Source: Mobula hypostoma (taxonomy: Eukaryota). From it: a DNA stretch of 64,000 nt. The position numbers were made by a program, and so were the translations under genes. The DNA is taken from assembly GCF_963921235.1 (NCBI RefSeq), contig NC_086108.1, positions 68,140,001 through 68,204,000 of the forward strand, in the 5' to 3' direction. A model generated the notes under the pieces. It was not told the origin of the DNA, did no database searches, and was given only the letters and a program-made list of their open reading frames with translations. This document shows, one piece after another, positions 24,027 to 37,810 of the stretch. Within the stretch, counting starts at the first letter, position 1. Each line of letters starts with the position of its first letter.

Positions 24027-26436
24027 TAATGCATTTTGGTAAAAGGAACAATAGTGCAGGCAATTATATTAAGGGGGAGAAAATTCAAACATCAGAAGTG
24101 CAGAGGGACTTGGGAGTCCTCGTGCAAGATTCCCAGAAGATTAATCTACAGGTTGAGTCTGTGGTCAAGAAGGCAAATGCAATGTTGGCATTTATTTCAA
24201 GGAAATAGTACATAAAAGCAAGGAGATAATGTTGAGGCTTTATAAGACACTGGTCAGGCCGCACTTGGAGTATTGTCAACAGTTCTGGGCCCCATATCTC
24301 AGAAAGGATGTGTTGTCATTGGAGAGACTCCAGAGGAGGTTCATGAGAATGATTCCAGGAATAAAAAGGCTAACATATGAGAAGAGTTTGGTAGCCTTGG
24401 GCCTGAATTCACTGGAATTTAGAAGAATGTGGGGGGATCTCATTGAAACCTACCAAATGTTGAAAGGACTAAATAAGGTGGATGTGGAGGGGATGTTTCC
24501 TCTAATGGGGGTACCCAGAACTAGAGGGCACAGCCTCAAAGTTGAGTGCCGACCTTTTAGAACAGAGGTAAGGAGGAATTTCTTTTAGCCAGAAAGTAGT
24601 GAGTCTGTGGGGTGCTCTGCCACAGACTGCGGTGGAGGCCAAGTCCGTGTGTATATTTAAACCAGAAGTTGATAGTTTCCTGATAGGTCACGGCATCACA
24701 AGTTATGGCGAGAAGGCAGGTGTATGGGATTGAGTGGGATCCGGGCCCTGCCATGATGGAATGGCAGAGCAAACACGATGGGCTGAATGAGCTAATTCTG
24801 TTCCTATGATTTATGGTCTTATGGACACCAACAACCATTCCATGGTGAAAGTAACCTAGATCACATTTTGCCCTTTTCTAATGTTTGGTATGAACAACAA
24901 CTGAACATCTTGACCATACCTGCATGCATGTATGCATTGAGTTGCTGATACATAATTGACTGATTAGGTATCTGCATTGACAATTAGGTGTACAGGTGTA
25001 CCTAATAGGGTGGCCTCTGCCTGAATATTGCATGAGGGCTCTGCTGCCAACTGAAATATTCATTATGATAATGTTTCTGCATTCTGATTGTCTTATGATA
25101 CTAGATTAAGATTGACCATGAACAATACCAATAACAACAACTGAAATATAAGTAGGACTATTCCTATTAATTCCACATTAAATATTAGATGTTACCACTG
25201 ATTACCATAACCACACTACCCATTAAATCGACTCCCCAGCTCCAGATTTCTGCTCCCACCGGTCAATCTTCACCTACTTTATGATTGATGAACAGCTTTT
25301 TGGCTGAATATGATCCAGCACACCTGTCATATTTTAATATTCAAAACAGACAATTTTGTATGGCAAGCTTCCTTTTTCATCAGCTCTTCACTATAACTGG
25401 CTTTGTGTCCAAAATTAGACACTAAACCACTTTAGATCAATCTTTCATGCACATAGCATGCTTGTAAGGCTAAAATTACACAAAAATTTGCAATACCTTC
25501 ATCTTATCATCAAATACAAAAGAAAATAACCGTGGCGCGCTATTTCTTCACTCTCACTGAGAAAATATCCAATGTCATGGCTAAGCATACAAGAACTATG
25601 GATTTTTTCTCTTAAACTGATATTTTAGTTATTTATAATCTATTTGTTGTGTCTGTAGGCTCTTGTATGTAGCTGTTCACTGAGACAAGAAACATAATCA
25701 GCGAGTCAGCAATCAGCTGATATTGGTGAGTTGTACAACTGCATACAAAAAGTCAGAACATGCTATACAAATTACTCACATTCATATGTAATTTACTGCT
25801 TCCCTTCAAAGTAACAAATTCTCATAAAAACCTATATAAATAATTACATCCACAGCTGATGAAATACTGTATATAATTATACAATTAACCAACTAATTAG
25901 GGCATGCATACCAGTTTTAAAAATTAACTAAACAGAAATTTTCTTATTTTCAAGTAGACTTGACAATAAATTCAATGCAACAAGCTAAGCATAACACTTC
26001 CAAGCATTCCATAATCCTTTAAATCATTTGTCCAAATAAGACTTACAAATTACTAACTTCACATCCCATCCCACAATTGTTCCCTTAACTATTTATAAAC
26101 ATTAATTACATGGTATAACATACTAAATATCAATAGAAGCACTCAGTACAGACTAATAGTACTAGTCAGCAACTATAGCAGTTACAATTACACAGTTTTC
26201 AGTATATTATAAAGCACCACAAACACAATAATAACATTTTCAAACTAACATTGGATTATTTCCAACACTTGCACAGCAGCCAGATTGTTCTCAGCTCCTT
26301 TTAGTGTACTTGCCAAATGTTATAGAGCAGGCATTATTATTTCCAGGGATAAGGTAACATCTTAGGATACACTTAAACTTTCAATATCCTCCACATCACA
26401 AACATTCAGCTCTTTCTGAGTTCGGTTCTCCCACTT

Positions 26437-26645
26437 AGTCATAGTCATAGTCATAGTCATAGTCATAGTATACTTTATTGATCCTGGGGGAAATTGGTTT
26501 TCGTTACAGTTGCACAATAAATAATTAAATAGTAATAAAACCATAAATAATTAAATAGTAATATGTAAATTACGCCAGGAAATAGGTCCAGGACCAGCCT
26601 ATTGGCTCAGGGTGTCTGACCCTCCAAGGCAGGAGTTGTAAAGTT
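26437..26645 (-). mobile_element. Rex1/Babar-type LINE 3' end with an (ATGACT)n tail
   Basis: (AGTCAT)5 on +, followed by the reverse complement of CCCCCAGGATCAATAAAGTA, which parallels the Rex tail at 33550-33585. Confidence 0.65.
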
Positions 26646-26854
26646 TATCAGATTATTAGGAGTTGTAAACTTAATGAGATTTACAGGAATAATGAAAACA
26701 GAAGTCTGAGAGTTGCCATTTTTTCTCAAGCCTGTGTTCTCTTCCACTACAATACACACCATTCGACATAATTCAAATGGCTTCTCTACATTACCCCATG
26801 TACACCTTACCTTTCACATTGTTAGTGAATTCTTCTAATGATGATGCTGTCCCC

Positions 26855-27345
26855 ATAGAGTCACAGAGCAATACTGCATCTTCGGCCCAATCAGTTCATG
26901 CTAACTGTGGTGCAACCCCTCCCCCCAGCTAGTCCCAATTTCCTGTGTTTAGCCCATATCCCTCCAAGCTCTGTCCCTCCATGTATCCAAGTGCTTCTTA
27001 AATGATACCATTATACCTTCCTCAACTACTTCTTCTGGCAGCATATTTCATATACTCAGTATTCTGTGTGAAGATGCCTCTTGGGTCCCTTTTAAACCTT
27101 TCCCCTCTACCCTGTGCGAGGAGTGGCACCCCAAACAGACTTCCAATCTACGCCTTGTAGGGCATAAAAATGCCCAACGCAGGCCTCTCATGGTCTGAGT
27201 CGACATTCCCGCCCCTCCCCTCCCTCTACCCTAAACTGATGTCCCATAGTTTTGCCAACGCTAGGGAAAAGACCATTACCGTCCACCTTGTCTATACTTC
27301 TCGTAATTTCAGACATTTCTATAAGGCCATCCTTCATTCTTCTAC
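26855..27345 (-). mobile_element. Old CR1 3' end interrupted by a SINE
   Basis: CR1 3' UTR complement (CATAGAGTCACAGAG..TTCGGCCCAA) plus ORF2 C-terminal remnants. Confidence 0.7.
27114..27221 (+). mobile_element. 5'-truncated SINE (same tail as 2625-2728)
   Basis: Aligns to 2626-2728. An 11-bp TSD CCCTCTACCCT lies at 27103-27113 and 27222-27232. Confidence 0.85.
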
Positions 27346-28154
27346 AATAACACTTTCTAAATGACCTAATATTCCTCAACCTGGATTGTCCTTCATTTTG
27401 TGACATTTTTAAATTCTGAATTTCTGGCTCAGTTGATGCTGCACTCCATAATTTTGCCTTCAATTCCATGTGGCCTCTGCAAACACCTCCACAAAAAATG
27501 GCCACTATAATATGATATTTGTTTCACCTGCTACTCTGTTAAAAATTAAATTATTGCTGAAACACACCTGAACAATTTCATAAAATACTCTTCATATCCC
27601 TCAGTGCCCTAATTGGTTTATTTATTATTATTATTACTAAAACACATTTGTGGGTATATCACCTTTCCAGCCACCAACTCATGATATCCATGTAACTCCT
27701 GACTCTGTCATTTGATCTTTTTGCAATCTCTTTGACACACTGCTACTACATGTAATGGACCAACCTTTTGGCTGTCTCAAGCCCTCCTAAAATTGGTCTA
27801 TCTGAACAGAGCCAAAACATCTCAAAGCAAAAGTAACTGCAAGGTGCCTTCAATGACTGATGCTACAATTCTCCGAAATACAGAGTTCCTCTATCCAGGA
27901 AATCAGACTAGTCAATATTTAGGACTGATGGTCGTAGAGTCATAGAATACTACAGCACTTAAGCCCTTTGTCCCATTTAGTCCAAGGCAAACTATTATTT
28001 TGCCTAATCCTTTCTGGCACTCAACGTCAGTAAGACAAAAGAGCTGATTGTGGACTTCAGGAAGGGTAGAACGAAGGAACACATACCAATCCTCATAGAG
28101 GGATCAGAAGTGGAGAGAGTGAGCAGCTTCAAGTTCCTGGGTGTCAAGATCTCT

Positions 28155-31066
28155 TTCTTTTCTTTTTAAATCTTTTTATTAATTTTCCAAAATTGTAAAC
28201 AGAATAACAATATTGATACAGAGAGGAGAGATTGGAATAATCTTATTGTTGATAAGCATGTACAAAAAAGTTTTCAAATAATACAGGTATAATAGACTTC
28301 CAAACTCTTAATATAATTAATCATAGAGAAAAAAGAAAGAAAAAGAAAAAAATATACAAAGAAAACCCCCCCCCAAAAAAACAAAAAGAAATGAAACTAA
28401 ATACTAAACCCCAAAAAAAAGCAAACGGAACAAAACAAGGCTAGACCAATATCTTAAATCGAACACGTTCAGTAATGTCATCAACTCCGCTCCTCTATTC
28501 ATATATTTTAAGTTAATAAGAAGGATTCCGAAAGGTCAAATTACATCATATTGAAATGTTGAATAAATGGTTTCCAATTCTCTTCAAGTTTAACCGAAGG
28601 ATCAAAAATGTCACTTCTGATTTTTTCTAAATTTAAACATAATATAGTTTGGGAAAACCATTGAAATGTGGTAGGAGGATTGGTTCAATAAAATGGATCT
28701 CCTGGCCATTAAAGTAACAAATGCGATCATCTGACAGGCTGAAGAGGACAAAAATCTATGTTCTATCATTGGCAAACCAAAGATTGCCATAATAGGATGG
28801 GGTTGTAAATCAAAACGCAAAACTGTTGATGGCACCCCTGTAGCCATTCCCCTGAATAATAAGTTTACCGTCCTGGATACTGTTGGTGGGGACGACCGAC
28901 CAGGTGTGAGCCACGGTGGCAGGGCCTCCGGCACTGAGTCTGACCCTGTGGTGCAGAAGGGTGGGACGGAGAAGAGGAGAGCTGTCGGCATTGGAGACTC
29001 TATACTCAGGGGAGCAGACAGGAGATTTTGTGGACGTGAGAAGGACACCTGCATGGTTTGTTGCCTCCCGGGTGCCAGGGTCCGGGATGTCTCTGACGGA
29101 GTGCATGACATCCTGGTACGAGAGGGAAAGCAACCAGAAGTCGTGATACATGTTGGGACCAACGACACAGGCAGGAAGAGGGATGAGGTCCTGAAGTGTG
29201 AGTTTCGGGAACTAGGCAGAAGGCTGAAGAACAGGACCTCAAGGGTGGCGTTCTCAGGATTACTGCCAGTGCTACGTGATAGTGATGGTAAGAATTGGAG
29301 GAGATGACAGTTGAAAGCGTGGCTGAGGAGTTGGTGCAGGTAGCAGGGTTTTAGATTTTTGGATCATTGGGATCTCTTCCGGGGAAGGTGGGACCTGTAC
29401 GGATTGGATGGGTTGCACCTGAACTCGAGGGGGAACAATATCCTTGCAGGTAGGTTTGCTAGCATGGATCGAGAGGGTTTAAACTAATTTGCAAGGGGGA
29501 TGGGACCCAGAGCAATAGAGCAGTGAAAGAAGTGCAGGGAGTAAAGCTAGAGAGAGGCTTTGAGGAAAGAGAAGCAGAATAAACGGTGTAAAGACAGTAA
29601 GGTAGAAGGGCTGAAATGTGTGTACCTCAATGCAAGAAGCATCAGGAACAAAGGTGATGAACTGACAGCTTGGATACATACATGGAATTATGATGTAGTG
29701 GCCATTACAGAGACTTGGCTGGCACCAGGACAGGAATGGATTCTCAATATTCCTGGATTTCAGTGCTTTAAAAGGGATAGAGAGGACAGAAAAAGGGGAG
29801 GAGGGGTGGCATTACTGGTCAGGGATACTATTACAGCTACAGAAAGGGTGGGTAATGTAATAGGATCCTCTTTTGACTCAATATGGGTGGAAGTCAGGAA
29901 CAGGAAGGGAGCAGTTACTCTATTGGGGGTATTCTATAGGCCCCCTGGTAGCAGCAGAGATGCAGAGGAGCAGATTGGGAGGCAGATTTTGGAAAGGTGC
30001 AAAAATAACAGGGTTGTTATCATGGGTGACTTTAACTTCCCTAATATTGATTGGCACCTGATTAGTTCCAAGGGTTTAGATGGGGCAGAGTTTGTTAAGT
30101 GTGTCCAGGATTCCTGTCACAGTATGTGGACAGGCCGACTAGGGGGAATGCCATACTAGATCTAGTACTAGGTAATGAACTGGGTCAGGTCACAGATCTC
30201 TCAGTGGGTGAGCATCTGGGGGACAGTGACCACCGCTCCCTGGCCTTTAACATTATCATGGAAAAGGATAGAATCAGAGAGGACAGGAAAATTTTTAGTT
30301 GGGGAAGGACAAATATTAATTGCCCAATAATAGAACCTTAGATTAGGCAATGGTAAACCACCATCTTTCTTGGACTTCTGTAAATATTTTTTACTTAACC
30401 TGGGATTTTTGTTCTGCCATATATAAGAGGAAATTCTAGAATTGATAGTATCAAAAAAAGATTTAGGAATAAAAATTGGTATCACTTGAAATAGATATAA
30501 AAATTTAGGTAAAATAATCATTTTAATAGCAGTAATTCGACCAATCAGTGATAGAGACAATGAGGACCATTTAGTAATCAGTTGTTTTACTTGACTAATT
30601 AACGGTAAGAGGTTGAGCTTGAATAAATCCTTATGCCTCTTAGCAATTTTAACTCCCAAATAAGTAAAATAGTTGGTAATCACTCTGAATGGTGAACATC
30701 TATAAATGGGAGCCTGCATATTTAATGGAAAAAGTTCACTCTTACCTAGATTCAATTTATAACCAGAAAAAATACTAAACTGAACAAGCAGAGTTAACAC
30801 TGCCGGAATGGATTTCCCCGGGTTAGAAATATATAATAGTAGATCACCTGCATATAGTGATAATTTATGTGTCTCATTTCCACAGGTAATACCAAATATA
30901 TTAGGGGAGTCACGAATAGCAATAGCTAGCGGTTCCAAGGCAATGTCAAATAGTAGTGGACTAAGAGGGCAACCCTGCCTAGTACCACGGAATAAAAATA
31001 CCGAAGCCAATCGAGTAAGATATATCAATTTAATCCAAGATACAAATATCGGACTAAAATTAAATT
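28155..31066 (-). mobile_element. L1-clade LINE ORF2 fragment (pieces 28155-28830 and 30315-31066)
   Basis: RGTRQGCPLSPLLFDIALEPLA, LYAGDLL (YADD decayed), GYKLNLGKSE and GGLPLPNL motifs. AATAAA and the A-rich tail complement are at 28155-28180. Confidence 0.9.
28831..30314 (+). mobile_element. CR1 internal fragment: ORF1 SGNH/GDSL esterase domain plus ORF2 endonuclease
   Basis: Esterase blocks IGDSILRG, CCLPGARV, IHVGTND and DGLHLN. APE endonuclease motifs YLNARSIRNK, AITETW, GGGVALLV, YRPP, MGDFNFP and DSDH. Confidence 0.92.
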
Positions 31067-32414
31067 TCTCTGAGGATCTAACCTGGTCCCAACATATCGA
31101 TGTAGTTATAAAGAAGGCAAGACAACGCCTGTACTTTACTAGGAGTTTGAAGAGATTTGGCATGTCAACAAATACACTCAAAAACTTCTATAGTTGTACC
31201 ATGGAGAGCATTCTGACATCACTATCCAGTATGGAGGGGCTACTGCACAGGACCGAAAGAAGCTGCAGAAAGTTATAAATCTAATCATCTTCAAGGAGCG
31301 GTGTCTCAGAAAGGCAGCATCCATTATTAAGGACCTCCAGCACCCAGGGCATGCCCTTTTCTCACTGATACCATCAGGTAAGAGGTGCAGAAGCCTGAAG
31401 GCACACACTCTGATCGAGGAACAGCTTCTTCCCCTCTGCCATCCAATTCCTAAATGGACATGAAGTTTGGACACTTTTTTTAATATACAGTATTTCTGTT
31501 TTTGCATGTTTTTTAATCTATTAAATATACATAATTGATTTACTTGTTTATTTATTGTTACTATTATTTTTATTTTATTTATTACTTTTTTCTCTCTGCT
31601 AGATTATGTATTGCATTGAACTGCTGCTGCTAAGTTAACAAATTTCACGTCACATCCCAGTGATAATAAACCTGATTCTGATTCTCAATTGATAAGTCTG
31701 TTCTTCATGCTCAGTTGTTAAACTCCTCTTCAAACATTCGCCAAGGTCTATTCAACATAGATCCAACTCTCCAAGTCCAGCATGTGGATGATAATACAAT
31801 GGACTACTCTATAGCCCGAGTCCAAGTAAATCACCTTCAGGGCTACATGGTCTACTGAAATCTTCAATAACCTCCACTTTCAACTCACTTTGAGTTTGGT
31901 TCAGCCACTTAATAAAATAGTGAACGCAGGCATCTGGTAGATACCATTCTTTCTCACGGCTAATTACTGCACTGGACTAACCTGCACAGACTCTCAAATT
32001 TACATCCAAATGACTGGCAGCATTCTCACTTTCAGCTCTCAAATGACATACCAGTTTCTGTCTGAATTCATTTGCAGTACTCTTATGACTCAGCCATGAA
32101 GCGAAAGAATATGCTCCCAATACCATTTGTTGATGATAATTGCTTAATGATTGTGCAATGTGTGCAAAACCTTTGCCTATTTTTCAATGCCACCTCCATT
32201 CATGGTGGTTTGTTTTTCATGCTTGTTCTGTGTGTCACATAGCTTTACTTGAATTCTCTCATTTGTCAATTTTCACAACATGTGATTGCCCAAAACCTTG
32301 TCTACAAATTCCATCTTTTTATCACTGTTGTATCCAACCTTATTTCTGCCAACCTTCTCTTCTAATCCTTGGAAGCATAAACAGTTAAACGAAAAATCTC
32401 TGAAGGCTCTGACT

Positions 32415-33945
32415 TACAAAGCCGTTTCAAATTCCCGATTTTCCCAATCTACCTGCATACTGAAATCCCCCATGACCATTGTAACATTGCCCTTTTTACA
32501 TGCCCTTTCTACCTCCTGTTGTAATTTGTACCCCACATCTTAGCTACTGCTCAGAGGCCTGTATACAACTGCCATCAGGGTCTTATTATCCTTGCATTTT
32601 CTTAACTCTACCCACATGCCACTCCTTTTTAAGAATTTGATTTCATTTTTTTTAACAAACAAAGCTATCCCAATCTCTCTGCTTACCTGACCTAACCATA
32701 TGATTTGTATCCTTGGATGCGAAACTCCCAGCTGCAATCTCCTTTCAACCATAACTCACTGATGTCCATAACATAATAGCTGCCAATTTCTAACCACACT
32801 ACACGATCATCTACCTTATTTCATGTACTGTATGCATTCAAATATAACAGCCTCAATCCTGTGTTCACCACCCTACGTTTCAATTTTGTCTCCATGTTGC
32901 CTGAAGTTAAATTCTTGTCTCTTTCTAAACTTCCTGTCTTATTCTTTATTCTGGAGACTTCAGTAACCTCTCCTGCAATCTCCTTCCCTTTTACTTTATC
33001 CATACTTTTTGAAGCTGTACAGGAAGGGCCAGATTCAGCTCTACTTCCTGAGGAGACTGAGGTCCTTTGGAGTCTGCAGGCTTCTCCTTCACATATTCTA
33101 CCAGTCTGTTGTCACCAGTACAATCTTCTATGCAGTGGTGTGCTAGGGCAATGCCGTCAACATGGGTGATGCCAACAGGCTCAATAAACAGATTGGAAAG
33201 GCTGGCTCTGTTATAGGAATTGGACACACTGGAGGCTGTAGTAGAACAAAGGACCCTACAGAAAATCCTGGTAATTCTGGACAATGTTTCTCATGCTCTG
33301 CATGCCACCTTTGGTGAATAGAGGAGCACTTTTATTAACAGACCAAGACAACTGCCCTGCTCCAAAGAGCACCATATGAGGTCCTTCTTACCCTCAGCCA
33401 TTAGGTTCTATAATGAGTCAACCCGTAGCCAGGGAAGTGATGACCCTGCCCTGTTAGACTGTTTGAGGTAATTTATCTTTTTATTCTTTCTTACTTCTGT
33501 TCTAATATCTGTATATCTGTGCACTTATAATGCTACTGCGACACGGTAATTTCCTTTGGGATCAATAAAGTATCTATCTATCAATCTCTAAACCACCTCT
33601 CTACTGTTTAATTTAAAGGCCTATTTACAGCCATAGTTATGTGATTTGCTGGGACCCTGGTCTAAGCATGGTTCTGGTCAAGTCCGTCCCATTGGACTGT
33701 TCCCTTATTCCTCAATACCGGAGCCAACGTCCGATGAACTCAAACCCACTTCTCCCACATCAATCTTTGAGACTCATATTTAGCTTTCTGATCTTATTAA
33801 CCCGGAGCCAATTTGCACGTAGCTCAGGTAATAATCCAAAGATTATTAATTGATTAACTTCTTAGTTCTGCATTTTAACTTAGTCCCTTGCTACTCAATT
33901 TCCCTCAGGAGAACCTCTTTCCTTCTTCCTCCTATGTCTCCCCTA
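32415..33945 (-). mobile_element. Decayed CR1 ORF1/ORF2-junction fragment, interrupted
   Basis: Minus-strand LRLLYLNAYS, WVELRKCK..VYRP and MGDF remnants. Confidence 0.7.
33010..33585 (+). mobile_element. Rex1/Babar-type LINE 3' fragment
   Basis: KGQ..LYFLRRLRSFGVCRLLLHIFYQSVVTSTIFYAVVC; ends GGGATCAATAAAG(TATC)n. Confidence 0.85.
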
Positions 33946-34539
33946 GCCTCATAAATTTTCATAGTGCTTTTTTATGTAAATTTACTATATTGTGCAATTA
34001 TTGACTGTAGATGAGATAATTACCTCAAAAAGATTATTTATGATAAATAATGTGCTATCTTTCCATCCAAAACCAATAAAAATAAATTGTTTAAGTACTT
34101 TTAAGCTCTAATTTCTTTTGATAGTTTCAGTGGTTGAAACATTCATGCTTCTCTAACTTTAATTCTTTCCAGTTTTGAGTACACTGCTTTGATAAATATT
34201 CACAATAATCATGATGATCATCTTTTCCAATATAGAAAATTTTATATTTATTTGGTTCATTATAAAGACTTCTTTACATTAAAAAATCCTCCAAAGTATG
34301 AGAAAGGATACCCACTTCTAAAAATATTACTTTTATTTGGTGCCAAATAAATGATTCAGTAATGTATGAACTTAGACGATAATAAATTTAGGCTAGTGGA
34401 ATTGTACCATCCTACAAAGTTCCAAATACTGATGTGTATTGAAAAGAGGAAAGAAATGACTCATAATTTTTCATTTTACAAAGATAAGTTTAAAATTGTT
34501 ATCTCCGCTCCACTCAGCAGTTGGTCCATATTTTAGGAT

Positions 34540-34862
34540 GACATGGAACATAATCATTTTGGCTCATAGTCCACACCAGTTCATCAGTCCTAATCCACCA
34601 CTAACACTTCCCGTAATCTATTCGCCCAAATTCCAATCAACTTCTCCCAGATTCCATCACTAACCTACACATTAGTGGCAATTTTCAGTAACCAATTAAT
34701 TTCCCTAACTACTAATCTTTCAGATTTAGGGAGAAACCAGAGCACCCTGAGGAAACACATGAAGTCACAGGGAGAGAATACATAAAGTTCATGCAGATAA
34801 CACGGGAGATCAGGATTGTCTCTTTATTGCAGAGGTTGTGAGGCAGAAACTCCACAAGCTGA
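34540..34862 (-). mobile_element. Old V-SINE/HE1-like SINE
   Basis: The + strand GGGAGAAACCAGAGCACCCTGAGGAAACACATGAAGTCACAGGGAGA resembles the reverse complement of the V-SINE central domain. A CR1-like tail lies towards 34540. Confidence 0.6.
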
Positions 34863-35939
34863 AGTATTATCTAATTTTCCTTGGAGTAATTAAATCACAT
34901 TTAATAAATAATTTTGCTGATGAACTAACTGAGTAAAATGCAAGATTATTTCAAAATGTGTTTTTTTTAACCTGTGGCAAGCTTCACAAAATTAGTTACA
35001 CTTCTTAAAGAAGTAGAGGCGCGTACAATTATAGTGTTTGCAATTCATTTTAGTGGGTACATGGATGGATAGAGTGAAATGAGCTAAACACAGACAAATG
35101 GGACCAGTTCAGGAATACATTTCAGTTGGCATAGATACATTGGGCCAGATTGTCTGAGTGCATATGATATTATTTTAGGATTCTTCAATTTGTGCTCATG
35201 TTTAATACTCCCAATTGCCCTTGCAGAACAAAATAAGGAACAGTAGAATTCTGTTGCAGTGTTCCAAAAGAAATTTGTCACAATGTATATCTGAAGCAGA
35301 AATATGTGCAACATTGGAACTATACAATTGGAATTTATTTTCATGAAATCACCTAAGAGAAAGTTCCATTTAGTGCATATCAAATGCAACAAGCAATTAT
35401 CCTTCAACTTTCACCAGTCATAGCTAGTACATTTAGCCATCAATGGGATTGCCAATCTAGATTGAAAAATTAATCAATTTGTTTTTCTTTTATATTAAAT
35501 CATGTTAATATTTTAAATAGTTAGCTAAGTATAAATGTGTTCATGCAAAAATAAATAATGTTAATATTTTAATAATTTGGAGCTATTTCAACTCCTTTAA
35601 AAATATATCTAAGGCAGTAAATTGGCAGAGACTCTATCAAGCAAGATAGATTATGGGTGATCTCTCTCAGATTTGGCTCCCCCTTGAAATTTATCAGAAT
35701 TCTATATCTACTACATGGTGATAAAGAACTTATGATGGATCCAATCCTAACACAAACTGGGGTCACACAAAGCTAAGTCATTGCATCAATCCTTTTCTCA
35801 ATCTTCCTCGTGCAATACTACATTTTATCTCCAACAACCTGCCTACTGCAGTACCATTAATCAACAGGTTAAGCAGGAATGTGTTTAAACAGACTACGTG
35901 GTGGGACAGTTCAGTAACAGTGAAAGACTTTCAAAGAGA

Positions 35940-36790
35940 TTTTTCATAGTGCTCAACAAACATAGTATATTCTGGTTAAAAGCAAGGACAATAAGGGTGT
36001 GGCGAGTCAGTCTTGGATAAATAACTAAGGAAATAAAATAAGGCATCAAACTAAAAGCTCATGCATACAAAGTAGTCATGAGTAGTGAGAATTTGGAAGA
36101 TTGGGAAAACTTTAAAAAGCAACAAAGATCCACTAAGCAAGCAATAAAGAAAGTGAAAACAGATTATGAAAGTAAACTAAAGCAAAATATTAAACTAGAT
36201 AATAAATAAAAAATTATAAGACTATAAGACATAGGAGCTGAATTAGGTCATTTGGCCCATCCAGTCTGCTCCGCCATCCAATCATGGCTGATCATTTTTT
36301 ACCCTCCTCAGCTCCACTCCCCACCTTCTCCCCATAACCTTTGATGCCATATCCAATCAAGAACCTATCAAGCTCACCCAAAGACCTGGCCTCCATAGCT
36401 GCATGTGATTGTACGTGAATTGCAACTAGAACAAGAACGCAAATGGAATCTTGGCATTCATTGCTAAGGGAGTGGCTAAGGGATTTAAGAGTAGGGGGGT
36501 TATGCCGCAACTGTACAGGGTATGGATGGGGTTGTGCCTGGAGTGCTGTGGAGTTCTGGTCTCTTTTTTAAAGAAAGGTATACTAGCTTTGGAGGCAGTC
36601 AGAAGAGGATCACCAGGCTGATTCTGGGTTGAAGAGGTTAGTCTATGAGAAGAGATTGAGTCACCTGGGGGAATGAATAAAAGGGGGATCTTAATGAAAA
36701 ATATAAAATTATGAAAGTGATAGGATAGAAGCAGAAAAGTTGTTTCCACCAGTACGTGAGACTAGAACTAGGGGACATAGCCACAAGGTT
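35940..36790. mobile_element. Cluster of decayed CR1 fragments (both strands)
   Basis: ORF2-like remnants on + at 35940-36215 and 36428-36790, and a minus-strand 3' UTR at 36218-36425. Confidence 0.7.
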
Positions 36791-36794
36791 CAGA

Positions 36795-37810
36795 ATGAAA
36801 TAGTGTTCATGGGTTCATTGTCGATTCAGAAATCTGATGGCAAAAGGAAAGAAACTTCCTGAAATGTTGAGTGTGTGTCTTTAAGCTCTTGTACCTCCTC
36901 CTTGATGGTAGCAATGAGAAGACAGTATGTGCTGGGTGATGCAGATCTCTAATGATGGATGCCACCTTTTTGTGGCATTACCAGAATGATGGGTAGGCTA
37001 GTAGCCACAATGGAGCTGGCTGAGTTTACAACATCCTGCAGCTTTTTCTGATCCTGTGCCCCTGCATGTCAGACAGTGATACAACCAGTTAGAATGCCCT
37101 CCATGGTACATCCACAGAAATTTGTGAGTGTCTTTGGTGATATACTAATTCTCCTCAAATTCCAAATGAAATATTGCTGCTCTCATGCTGTCTTTGTAAT
37201 TTCATCAATACGTTTGGCCCAGGATAAATCTTCAGAGATGTTGACACACAAAAACCTGAAACTATTTACCCTTTTCACTATTGATCCCTCGATGGGGGCT
37301 GGTGTATTTTCCCTCTACTTATCCTTCCTGAAGCCGATAATCAATACCTTGGTCTTACTGACGATGAATGCAAGGTTGGTGCTCCGACACTAATGAACCG
37401 GCTGATCTACCTTGCTTCTATATACTTCCTCTTCGCCACCTGAAATTCGGCCAACAATAGTTGTGTCATCGGCAAAGTTATAGATGGTGTTTGAGCTGTA
37501 CTGTAGTGGGCTATGCATGCAGTTGAGATACGCCACTGTTGATTGTCGGCGAGGAGGAGTTGTTATTTCCAATCTGCACAGACTGTTGTTTCTCAGTGGG
37601 GATGTCAAGGATCCAGTTGCAGAAGGGGAGTCCAGATACTCAAGTTTTGGAGCTTGTTGATTAGAATCTAGGGTATGGTTGTGTTGAATACTGAGCTGTG
37701 GTCAATAAACTGCAGCTGCACATAGATATTACTACTGTCCGGGTGATCCAAAGCTGAGTGGAGAGCCAGTGAAATTGCAATTGTAGTGTTATTGTTGTGA
37801 CAGGCAATCT
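36795..37810 (-). mobile_element. Rex1/Babar-type LINE RT fragment
   Basis: Minus-strand SSNTIYNFADDTTIVGRIS, KTKVLIIGFRK and downstream Rex C-terminal remnants. Confidence 0.8.

Larger units (their letters stand above)
20898..24823 (+). mobile_element. Older CR1 LINE carrying two nested insertions
   Basis: ORFs 20992..21330, 21296.. and 24229..24588. RT sequence resumes after each insert. GACAC at 20893-20897 and 24824-24828 is a candidate TSD. Confidence 0.9.
17800..25025. mobile_element. Second Tc1-type MITE copy, in three pieces (about 17800-17855, 20586-20897, 24824-25025)
   Basis: The three pieces are collinear with the MITE at 9575-10143 and are separated by two CR1 insertions. Confidence 0.75.
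28013..31686 (+). mobile_element. Rex1/Babar-type LINE split by an L1 (pieces 28013-28154 and 31067-31686)
   Basis: KTKELIVDFRK..VERVSSFKFLGVKIS continues after the insert as EDLTWSQHIDVVIKKARQRLYF. The tail is (ATTCTG)n. Confidence 0.9.

Noticed and set aside
25659..25725. Plus-strand exon-like segment (TCTGTAG|...|GTGAGT)
   Set aside because: All three frames contain stops and there is no recognisable homology.
26437..26468. (AGTCAT)n as a telomeric or CRISPR-like array
   Set aside because: It is not TTAGGG and has no spacers. It is the tandem 3' tail of a LINE fragment.
28906..29307. SGNH esterase as a horizontally acquired enzyme
   Set aside because: It is the known esterase domain of CR1 ORF1, directly upstream of the ORF2 endonuclease.
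30201..31181. 326-aa minus-strand ORF as a novel gene
   Set aside because: It is a chance fusion of antisense Rex-Babar sequence, an L1 RT fragment with a broken YADD (YAGD) and antisense CR1 across insertion junctions.
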